The notes under the pieces were generated by a model. It searched no databases, was not told the origin of the DNA, and saw only the letters and a program-made list of their open reading frames with translations. This document shows, piece by piece, positions 12,014-24,000 of a DNA stretch of 64,000 bases. Positions within the stretch are counted from its first letter, which is position 1. Every line of letters begins with the position of its first letter. Made by a program: the position numbers and the translations under genes. The stretch lies in assembly GCA_002269645.1 (NCBI GenBank), contig NIVC01003893.1, positions 7,152 through 71,151 of the forward strand. Reading direction: 5' to 3'. This DNA comes from Macrostomum lignano. Taxonomy: Eukaryota.

Positions 12014-15000
12014 CTGCAATGGGCACAAGAAAATTGGGGTGGAGTGAAGTATAATTGGGGTGGAGTGAAGAATAATTGGGGTGGAGTGAAGGATAATTGG
12101 GGTGGAGTGAAGGATAATTGGGGTGGAGTGAAGGATAATTGGGGTGGAGTGAAGGATAATTGGGGTGGAGTGAAGGATAATTGGGGTGGAGTGACGGATA
12201 ATTGGGGTGGAGTGAAGGATAATTGGGGTGGAGTGAAGGATAATTGGGGTGGAGTGACGGATAATTGGGGTGAAGTGAAGGATAATTGGGGTGGAGTGAA
12301 GGATAATTGAAGTGGAGTGACGGGCGATTTGGGGTGGAGTGACGGGAGCATGTAATTGATGGATAGAATGCAGGTAGAAGGGCGGATAGAATACAAGTAG
12401 AAGGTCGGATAGAATACAGGTAGAAGGGCGGATAGAATACAGGTAGAAGGGCGGATAGAATACAAGTAGAAGGGTGGATAGAATACAAGTAGAAAGGCGG
12501 ATAGAATACAAGTAGAAGGGCGGATAGAATACAGGTAGAGGGCGGATAGAATACAAGTAGAGGGGCGGATAGAATACAGGTAGAGGGGCGAATAGGCTAC
12601 AGGTAGAGGGGCGGATAGAATACAGGTAGAGGGCGGATAGAATACAAGTAGAGGGGTGGATAGAATACAGGTAGAAGGGCGGATAAAATACAGGTAGAGG
12701 GCGGATAGAATACAGGTAGAAGGGCGGATAGAATGCAGGTAGAGGGTGGATAGAATGCAGGTAGAGGGTGGATAGAATGCAGGTAGAGGGTGGATAGAAT
12801 GCAGGTAGAAGGGCGGATAGAATGCAGGTAGATGGTGGATAGAATGCAGGTAGAGGGTGGATAGAATGCAGGTAGAGGGTGGATAGAATACAGGTAGAAG
12901 GGCGGATAAAATACAGGTAGAGGGCGGATAGAATACAGGTAGAAGGGCGGATAGAATGCAGGTAGAGGGTGGATAGAATGCAGGTAGAAGGGCGGATGGA
13001 ATGCAGGTAGATGGTGGATAGAATACATTACATTACTCATAGGACTAGGTGGAACTGTGCACAGCGGGTACGGCAGCACTCAACACAATTATATTCAGGC
13101 TGCGATAAAACATATAAAACCTAGCAGATTGAAGCCGGAAATACAAAGGTAGGGGTGCAGCCTACCGACGCCACCCTGAACCGCCCTACCGAGATAAGAC
13201 ACCGCGTGACCAGTTATTTGTACAAGCATTACTATTATTAATACACAAGTACTAACCAGTCTATAACACAGGTCAGTTAAGGGCTAAGCGGAAGTGGCAC
13301 GCTAGATAACAGAAATTTTATTTGAATAAAACATCTCCCCTCGTGTCCAGAATTATAGAACTCAAAAAGACTGAAAGACGGGGAGAGGGAGACTGTAAGA
13401 GTAGGAGGATTAAGAAAGCTGGTGCCCCCCGTTAGGCCCGACCTTGCGAGAGAGAAAGAGAGGAAGGAGAAAGACAAGAACGTCATTCCCAAATCCGAGG
13501 AGTAGTTTCTGACTGGTCTGGACAAGGTTCCCACCCCCAAGTCGATTCAAAGGCCGAAAAAGGATAGGATCATTTGCATCTCTTATGCAGGAGTTGGGGT
13601 TGACGCTGTTGTGCACTGCCAGGGGGCAAGAGAGGGAGAGAGAGAGAGTTAACGCTGCGTGTACACTCGCCGTAAACGTACAATAGGCCCGCTACGTCAG
13701 TGAAAGATTTTTATTGATCTATCTCTCTCCTTCTCTTTCTTACTGCACTTCCCTGCACTACTGACAAGCCAGCACTGCCCCGCCGACTGTTCAGATTAGA
13801 ACCTACACAACCCACCATTTGCTCTCTCCCCCTCTCTCTCTGCCCTCTCCCCTGTCTGCAGCTCGCTTTTCTATTCGCTTAGCGGCAGCGACAGCAGCAG
13901 TCTCTACTGTCGCACTCGTGGGCGCCTGCGTTCTTCTCTCCGTTTCCTTCTATCCTTTTTTTTCTCTCCTGTCGTCTCTTTTATCGGCTTGATGTACCAT
14001 TTGCCTCCTTCCCCCCTCCTCTCCTCTCCCCCCTCTCTCTACACTTTTCTGAAAGCGACGGCCGAACACTGACTATGTAGTATACCAAAGGGCGTGTGCA
14101 CATGGACGAGTTAATTTGCATATATATATACGCATCTTTTCCACCGATTCGTCTCACAATCTATCGGTAAAATACTTTCTATAGAAAATCTCTACACACA
14201 TAGAGATAGAACAGCCTTGAACCAATTAGTTCTAGACGCAAACTGCGTCCAGCTTCGGTTGCTAAGGGATACATCAGTCAGAACTAGTGCGGTGCAGAAT
14301 GTCGCAAACAGGCTGCTTAGTTCGATCTAAACGAGCTTCAACTAAGAGCAATAATTCCACGGCATCGACTGTCAGCAGCGGTACAGGCGCTGCCGGCGGC
14401 GCTGCCTGCCTGTTTGGCGCCTGTTTTGGCGCCGGCGCCGGGGCAGGTAGCGGCGCGGCAGGTCGAGCGAATCCAGTAAACGCCGACGCGATTGAGAAGC
14501 TAACAGAGAGACTGGCTTATCACATCCAGCTGGGCAATACTCGGTCGGTGGAGCGGATACTCCGCAAACTGCGAGCGGTGCCTCCATCCAAGGTGGTTGT
14601 CTCGGTCAAGAGGCGACACCTCAGCCCGAATTTCCTAGCCTGGACCAACAGAAGCCAGGATCCATTTCTACACTTTCACCAAGAGTGCTCGCCAGTGGTC
14701 TGGGCAGTGGACAATCAGCAGTGGCAGATGCTGCCAATTCTAGCCAAATACGGTCACGATCCTAACAGGCCTTTGCAGTGCAAACGGTGGAACTTCTCGC
14801 CGGCGTCCAGCAATCGCTCAGCGATGGTGCCCTACAAGAAGTTCTGGACAAAGGGCCGCTACACCTACCAGTCAGCTTTGGACTACTACTTCGGATCGAT
14901 CTACGAATTTCTGGGCGAGGAGATGCAAAGAATGAGCTCGTCGGCTGTAGGCTACTCGTCGCCGTCAACGTTTTATTATTTCTTTCAGCAGTTGCCCCAG

Positions 15001-18000
15001 CTGCTACTGAGAGGCATCGACGTGCACAGAATCGATTCTATCATATTGTTCAATTCGCTAGGCTATTCGCTAAACTGGTACCTCACCAAGTACACCAACG
15101 AGAACAACACGGTGCCGGACATTCCCGAACAGAACGACTCGTGCGCCGAGATCTTCACAGTCAGAAGTTTAATCAAAGCCGGCTTTTCCGAGTTCGAATG
15201 CCTCGAGTTTCTGTCCTCGTCGCACAACTGGTTCGGCATCCTGATCTGTCTGCTGTGCCACCCCAGACTTGACCAGTACGGGTCGAACATCCAGCTACCG
15301 CCAATCATCCAGGAGGCCGCCCTGCTACTTATCAACTTCTTATCGTTGAGCAGCTCGCATCCAACAAGCGAAGAGATCAGCGAGAGCCTGGAGAACCTCT
15401 CCCTCAGGAAGCTGTACGCTAAGCGCTACTCCCAGCGACGCCAAGAGTTCAAAGACAATCTGGAGACGTTGCAACGGGCCTGCTCGGATTTCAACAAGCG
15501 ACCAATGTCGCTGAGACTGCAGGCGCGCAACGCCGTTCGACGTAACATCGGCGGCGTGGATTTTGGAGCAAAGCTGCGCAGACTGGCGCAGACCTTCCCG
15601 GCGGAGGTGGTCGCCTTCCTATCCTACGTGGACATGGACTCTCTGCACCTGCTGCACCCGCCTCGGGTGCTGCTCAAACTGGCCAAACGAGAGAATCCAT
15701 TCTCAACCGAGGACGCTGCGGAAGCTTCGAGCAGCGATGGCGAGTCTGCCGGCTCCACCAGTCATGAAGGCGAGGTCAGCGTTGTTTAGAACTATGTAAT
15801 TTTCAGTACGGAATTCGTAACTCTTATACAAAAAGTTTGAGTCCTTGTGTCCAAGATTTCATTCTTCGCTTTCTGTGAACCGATGCTTTTTCCCTCCTAC
15901 TAGCTAAACAACAAATAGTAATCATAATTATAATATTTAACCGATATGATTTTTCTATTTGCTGCTGTCCAACTCTATAAACTAACTGTGTCTTCGTGTG
16001 TCTGTTTAGTCCTTGTGCACTCTTCAGCTTTCCTTCTGTTTACCTGTATGTATAGAAATTCTGTGCAGTTTTACACATCGTTACACAAGTAATTAACCTT
16101 CTTAAATATTATTATTGTAAATTTTATACCTGTTGCCAGTTAAATCTCTGCTAACCTTGCATGGTTACTAATAGATAGAAGTTCCAACACGGTTTTTAAC
16201 GATAATAATAGTCATAAAAACAGTAACCATGCAGTCAAAAGCCAAATTTGCTATTTAAAAAACTAACTGTGGCAATTAACTATTAGCTAAATAACTTGTG
16301 CAACTGCGAGCCCGATTGTTAAAACACTGTTAACTAATCAGTCCGTTTGTGTCATTCAAAAAATTCCAATCTTGTTTCAATTGATTACAATTTATAGCGA
16401 TAATGACTCACTAATAAAAAAGTTCTGTAATTTTTTTGATTCAGTTCAGAGTCCCCTGTCAAATCTTATATGGTCGCTTGGTGTAAATACGGCAACTAGG
16501 AAACATGTGCTTCATTTTTCAAAGCAAACTATGAGCATATATAGTAAGCAATGCATAGTATTTGTTCAAGTTGATGTATACCAGCCTAGATGCATTCATA
16601 TGTCTACAATATTTAAACGGAAACTGAAAAATCCGATTGACTTAACATCACCGCACTGGCTGTTTTACTTTTAGGCAATTTTTTTTACCTGAAAAATATA
16701 CTCAAGTCAAAACAGAGGATTCTATATTAAGCAATGATAAACTCCATTTCAATTCAGTGACTTGTAATAATATTAAAAATAATTGATTACATCTGGCCCG
16801 ATTGGACCAGATGTTCAACCGACAGCTCAGCCGCAGCTATTGCGCGGCGCATCTGAAGGCTGCGTACGGCTGTTCAGTCCAAGGACTGGTGGTTCGCCAC
16901 ACACACCCTCAATTACCCCAGCTAATGCTGGCACCCATTTTACAGCTAAGTGAACTGAAGCAGTGCAGAGTTGTGTCTTGCTCAAGGGCACAAATTGTTC
17001 CGAGTGGGATCGGGAATCGAACCCCCGACCTTTAAGTCGTGAGTCTGACGCTCTAACCTCTAGGCTACAACCTCCCATTGATTTGTCGAATGGACTCTTT
17101 GCTGAGAAGACAAGGTCGTTTAATTTGGCGCCATCTCAAGCATTGATTGTGGCGCTATCTCAAGCATTGATTGTGGCGCCATCTCAAGCATTGATTGTGG
17201 CGCCATCTCAAGCATTGATTGTGGCGCCATCTCAAGCATTGATTGTGGCGCCATCTCAAGCATTGATTGTGGCGCCATCTCAAGCATTGATTGTGGCGCC
17301 ATCTCAAGCATTGATTGTGGCGCCATCTCAAGCATTGATTGTGGCGCCATCTCAAGCATTGATTGTGGCGCCATCTCAAGCATTGATTGTGGCGCCATCT
17401 CAAGCATTGATTGTGGCGCCATCTCAAGCATTGTTTGTGGCGCCTTCTCAAGCACACAACTTACTTACTTACTTACTACTGACGGGGGGCGCAGGCGCCG
17501 CGAATAGGCCGCGAGGCCCCTATCGCAACCCCAAGGTAAAAGAGCACAAGGATTAGCCTTGGGGGTGCGCCCAGTCCCCGCCAGTAGTCGGCAGGTCCGC
17601 AGTGGAGGCATCGGCGACCCTCATCCGGCCGGAGTCCCGGACGAAGGCGCGGAGGTCTCGGATATTGTCCGCGGTGGTCAGCTCGTCCATCCGCTGGGGG
17701 TGGCCGAGGTATTTGTGCCGCGCCTTGTTGAAGTAAGGGCAGAAGGTGACGTGATGCTCCGCGGTCTCCTCTCCTATGCCACAGAAGGGACAGGTGGGAG
17801 GGCAACCGGTTTGCAACGATATATGTCTCTGGAAGAATCCGTGGCCGGTTAGGACCATGCACATCTCCCTGAGGTCGGTTCTGTTAAGCGAAATCAGATA
17901 ATCAGAGACTTTCCTGTTCAGGTTAGGCATGGCAGAGCGGCTCTGCCTGTACTCGGTGCAGCTGTTCCAGTGGAGCTGGTGCTGCTGATGGAGCCACCTG

Positions 18001-21000
18001 TTGATATGGCGGGTGACTTGCGACCTGGGGGTGGGTAGCCTCATCAGACGGTGGTTGCCGTCTGGGTTGCTGCCCTCCTTGGCGAGAGAGTCCGCGAGCT
18101 CGTTGCCCAGGATGTTGCTGTGACCAGGTGTCCAGATAATTCTAATCCTGTTAAGGACTGAGAGAGATTGCACACTGCGGTGGCATTGAGATACTGTAGC
18201 AGCGGAGATATTCTCAGTGGTTAAGGCCTTAATAGCAGCTTGGCTATCAGTGTAGAAATTAATGTCAAAATTATTAATGTTCGCCTGAAACAGTTGCTGG
18301 GCACACTGCTCAATGGCGCAAATTTCAGCTTGGAAAACTGAGGTGTTCTCACCGAGGTGCAGACTTTCCTGGAGAAGCATCTTACCCTCGTGGAAAATGG
18401 CAATACCCGCTCCAGCGCGGCCGTTGAACAGCGAGCCGTCGGTGAAGCAGTGAATGCCCTGGCTGCGCCGGTTCACACCGACATCCAGCGGAATGTTGTC
18501 TCGGCCAGGGATGGCGGTCTTGAAGCCCCTCCTGATGTTGAGGGCGGGAGGTCGACTATCCACATTGCCCAGGTCCATGTGGATGTTGTTAAGGTCGCGG
18601 CGGACAAAGTCCATATGCGGGATTAATGTTTTCATTGGCATAAAGCCAGAGGGCGCGTTATTCAACGTTTTATCTCTGATAAGCCGGGAGGCAGACTTCA
18701 TAGCCTCCGCCCTAATAAATAGGTGAAGCGGAGGCAGGTTAAGGATAGTGTTCAGCCCCTCGTAAGGGGTGGACGGGTACGCACCTGTGATGGCACGGCA
18801 AATGCTGCCCTGAAGCTGGTACAGCCGCTGACGGGCGGCCTTCTGCTCCAGCACGCTAGTCCAGATGAGACTCGCGTATGTGATACTGGGCCGGATGATG
18901 CCGGTATAAATCCAACGGACCGTTCTAGGCGAGAGGCCCCAAGTCGGCCCGATGGCTCTGCGCAGCTGGGCAAAGCAGCGTTTTGCCCGACCGATGACGT
19001 TATCAAGGTGCTTCGTCCAGCGCAGGTCATGCGTTAGCGTCACACCGAGGTATTTGACCTCCTTCTTGAAGGGGATGTTTCTGCCATAGACAGTGAGGTT
19101 TTTCATCTCCCATTTACGGCGCTTGGTGAAAACGACAGCGACAGTCTTAGTGACGCTGATTTTTAGGCCATGCTGTGTAGCCCAGTCGGCCGCCTTGTCG
19201 GCGAATTGCTGCATCAGGTTGCGCAGAGTGGCGGGGTCGGGTCCGCTGACGACCGCGGCAACGTCATCGGCGTAGCCCGCCCTGGTGATACTGCTGGGAA
19301 TGTCAGCGGTTAGAAGTTCGTCCATGACGAGATTCCAGAGAAGTGGAGTTAGCACGCCACCTTGCGGGCCGCCTTTCATCTCAAGCACACAAATCCAGTT
19401 TAATTATCATAAATCAGCCCGAAAACTTTCAAGAAGGATTTGAAAAAATGGCAATAATTTAGTCAGGTGCATCAGAACATCAAAATGTCCATTTTTAGAC
19501 ATCCTTGACTATCTACCATGTCTGTCAGTCTTACATTTTTTCGAGGGTAATTATTCTCCTCCCACTTTTTATTTTCTCAATTAACTATGCTTCAGCTTTT
19601 ACTGCTGAAGTTTTCTACCTTGATTTATAGTAAAGCCAAGAGGCGAAGTAGCTGAAAAGCCTAATTTAGGCTAAAAAATCATCATAAAGTATATTTATAG
19701 CAATGATCTGGGTGCGCAATTACGAGTAGTGTAGCTGAGTTGAATTTTCAGTTCCAATAGTTCCATCAGCTTAAAACTCCATCACCTCAAACTCCATCAT
19801 CTCAAACTCTATCACCTCAAAACTCCATCAGCTCAAAACTCCATCTGCTCAAGATTCCATCATCTCAAAACTACATCAGCTCAAAACTACATCAGCTCAA
19901 AACTACAATCTGCTCAAGATTCCATCACCTCAAAACTACAGCAGCTCAAAAGTACAGCAGCTCAAAACTACAATCTGCTCAAGATTCCATCACCTCAAAA
20001 CTACAGCAGCTCAAAAGTACAGCAGCTCAAAACTACATCAGCTCAAAACTACATTAGCTTAAGATTCTAATTAGCTCAAAACTACATCTGCTCAAAACTA
20101 CATCTGCTCAAAACTACATCAGCTTAAGATTCTAATTAGCTCAAAACTACATCTGCTCAAAACTACATCAGCTTAAGATTCCATTAGCTCAAAACTACAT
20201 CAGCTTAAGATGAATGTAAAGCTCAAAACTTTATCATTTCAGAATTCCATCATCTCAAAACTTCACCAACTCAAAACTCGATCAACTGAGAAGTATGAAA
20301 ACTTGTTTCTAATACGAATGAGCAAAGTAAAAAGTTCAGCCTACAGAACAGAATACAATACGCAGAAGACAACTGCCTTCTCTCTCTAGTCAACCAACTA
20401 TATTGAAAAACTTGTTACATTTCCCGCAAAAATTGTTGTAACTTGTACTTTTAGAAAGTCCCTGTAACAAAATATATATGCACAAAAGTTCGTCCAATAT
20501 TTGTCTGTACTTTTAACTTTTCTAGCCGGCTAATTATGAGCAAACTCACATTACACTCACATGATGACTAATTAGCTTGCGGGGGAGGCAGAAAGGGAAT
20601 GGAGGCGGGTCGGGGTGGTTGTGTAATTACCACTTTATGATGTCTAATTGTTTCAAGCACAGAGCAAGGTCAAAAACAAATATGAGCGTATTATGGTAAA
20701 AAAACCTTAAACTTACAACGAAACCCAATAAAATTCTGCAATTTAATCAATTGAAGAAAAAATGACTAAAATATTATTGCATATTTAACTTCATTGTTTA
20801 CCACAGGGTTTGATCGGTTATTAGAAATTGTTTATTCACTATAGATTTCGAGAGAGAGAGTCAAATAGTGTCAGTCAAAGTAGTGTCAGTCAAAGTAGTG
20901 TCAGTCAAAGTAGTATCAGTCAAATAGTGTCAGTCAAAAAGTGTCAGTCAAATAGTGTCAGTCAAAAAGTGTCAGTCAAAGTAGTGTCAGTCAAAAAGTG

Positions 21001-24000
21001 TCAGTCAAAAAGTGTCAGTCAAAGTAGTGTCAGTCAAAAAGTGTCAGTCAAATAGTGTCAGTCAAAAAGTGTCAGTCAAATAGTGTCAGTCAAAAAGTGT
21101 CAGTCAAAGTAGTGTCAGTCAAAGCAATGTCAGTCAAAGTAGTGTCAGTCAAAAAGTGTCAGTCAAAAAGTGTCAGTCAAATAGTGTCAGTCAAAGTAGA
21201 GTCAGTCAAAAAGTGTCAGTCAAATAGTGTCAGTCAAAAAGTGTCAGTCAAAAAGTGTCAGTCAAAAAGTGTCAGTCAAAGTAGTTTCAGTCAAAGTAGT
21301 GTCAGTCAAAAAGTGTCAGTCAAAAAGTGTCAGTCAAAGTAGTGTCAGTCAAAAAGTGTCAGTCAAAGTAGTGTTAGTCAAAGTAATGTCAGTCAAAGTA
21401 GTGTCAGTCAAAAAGTGTCAGTCAAATAGTGTCAGTCAAATAGTGTCAGTCAAAATGTTTCAGTCAAAAAGTGTCAGTCAAATAGTGTCAGTCAAATAGT
21501 GTCAGTCAAAATGTGTCAGTCAAACGTGGGCCCCGAGCTCACACTGCCATGGTATCAACGTGTACAGCTGTGAGCTACTGTAGAGAGCTGACAGCTAGCA
21601 AACTGAACATTAATAAAAATTACTTTAAACTGAACTCACCTGGAGCGTCAACAAAGCCGAACACGTGCAGAGGACGAACCACGGTGACCCCGGGTGAGTC
21701 CATCGGCACAAGCAGCATCGTCTGCTGTTTGTGAGCGGCTGCTGAAGTATCAGTTTTGCCCATAAATATGGCCACTTTGCAATTGGGATGCAGGGCTCCG
21801 GAGATCCACCATTTGTGGCCGTTCACTACGTAGTGAGAGCCGTCTGGCGAGCGGCAGATCGAAGCTTCGATGTTGGTGGCGTCCGAAGAGGCGACGGCCG
21901 GTTCCGTCATTGCGAAGCAGGAGCGAATGCTGCCTGCTAGGAGGGGATCGAGCCAGCGGCGCTTCTGCTCCTCTGTGCCGTAGCGGACCAGCACCTGGTT
22001 GGGGTGTTGGATTGGGGATTTCGGGTAACTGGGGTGTTGGATTGGGGATTTCGGGTAACTGGGGTGTTGGATTGGGGATTTCGGGTAACTGGGGTGTTGG
22101 ATTGGGGATTTCGGGTAACTGGGGTGTTGGATTGGGGATTTCGGGTAACTGGGGTGTTGGATTGGGGATTTCGGGTAAACTGACAGGGTGTTGGATTGGG
22201 AATTTCGGGTAAACTGACAGGGTGTTGGATTGGGGATTTCGGGTAACTGGGGTGTTGGATTGGGGATTTCGGGTAAACTGACAGGGTGTTGGATTGGGGA
22301 TTTCGGGTAAACTGACAGGGTGTTGGATTGGGGATTTCGGGTAAACTGACAGGGTGTTGGATTGGGGATTTCGGGTAACTGACAGGGTGTTGGATTGGGG
22401 ATTTCGGGTAAACTGACAGGGTGTTGGATTGGGGATTTCGGGTAACTGGGGTGTTGGATTGGGGATTTCGGGTAAACTGACAGGGTGTTGGATTGGGGAT
22501 TTCGGGTAAACTGACAGGGTGTTGGATTGGGGATTTCGGGTAACTGACAGGGTGTTGGATTGGGGATTTCGGGTAAACTGACAGGGTGTTGGATTGGGGA
22601 TTTCGGGTAAACTGACAGGGTGTTGGATTGGGGATTTCGGGTAAACTGACAGGGTGTTGGATTGGGGATTTCGGGTAAACTGACAGGGTGTTGGATTGGG
22701 GATTTCGGGTAACTGGGGTGTTGGATTGGGGATTTCGGGTAACTGACAGGGTGTTGGATTGGGGATTTCGGGTAAACTGACAGGGTGTTGGATTGGGGAT
22801 TTCGGGTAAACTGACAGGGTGTTGGATTGGGGATTTCGGGTAAACTGACAGGGTGTTGGATTGGGGATTTCGGGTAACTGGGGTGTTGGATTGGGGATTT
22901 CGGGTAAACTGACAGGGTGTTGGATTGGGGATTTCGGGTAAACTGATGGGATGTTAGATTGGGGATTTCGGGTAAACTGACAGGGTGTTGGATTGGGGAT
23001 TTCGGGTAACTGGGATGTTAGATTGGGGATTTCGGGTAAACTGATGGGATGTTAGATTGGGGATTTCGGGTAAACTGATGGGATGTTAGATTGGGGATTT
23101 CGGGTAAACTGGGATGTTAGATTGGGGATTTCGGGTAACTGGGATGTTAGATTGGGGATTTCGGGTAAACTGACAGGGTGTTGGATTGGGGATTTCGGGT
23201 AAACTGACAGGGTGTTGGATTGGGGATTTCGGGTAAACTGACAGGGTGTTGGATTGGGGATTTCGGGTAAACTGACAGGGTGTTGGATTGGGGATTTCGG
23301 GTAAACTGACAGGGTGTTGGATTGGGGATTTCGGGTAACTGGGGTGTTGGATTGGGGATTTCGGGTAACTGACAGGGTGTTGGATTGGGGATTTCGGGTA
23401 AACTGACAGGGTGTTGGATTGGGGATTTCGGGTAAACTGACAGGGTGTTGGATTGGGGATTTCGGGTAAACTGACAGGGTGTTGGATTGGGGATTTCGGG
23501 TAAACTGACAGGGTGTTGGATTGGGGATTTCGGGTAACTGGGGTGTTGGATTGGGGATTTCGGGTAAACTGACAGGGTGTTGGATTGGGGATTTCGGGTA
23601 AACTGATGGGATGTTAGATTGGGGATTTCGGGTAAACTGGGATGTTAGATTGGGGATTTCGGGTAACTGGGATGTTAGATTGGGGATTTCGGGTAACTGG
23701 GATGTTAGATTGGGGATTTCGGGTAAACTGATAGGGTGTTATATTGGGGATTTCGGGTAAACTGATAGATGTTAGATAGGGGATTTCGGGTAACTGGGAT
23801 GTTAGATTGGGGATTTCGGGTAAACTGATAGGGTGTTATATTGGGGATTTCGGGTAAACTGATAGATGTTAGATAGGGGATTTCGGGTAACTGGGATGTT
23901 AGCTCGTAAGATTGGGGATTTTGGGTAACTGGATGGGTGTTAGATTGTGAATACATACTGCAGCAGGTGTTACAGAAGCGACAAACCTCCATATTCCCAG

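Noticed and set aside
13056-13342. Possible solo LTR on the minus strand (GAGGGGAGA purine tract followed by TGTTTTATTC...GCACA)
   Set aside because: No second LTR, TSD or coding remnant that I could identify; may be chance.
17005-17076. Functional tRNA gene
   Set aside because: Acceptor and anticodon stems do not pair properly, and it continues into a SINE body.
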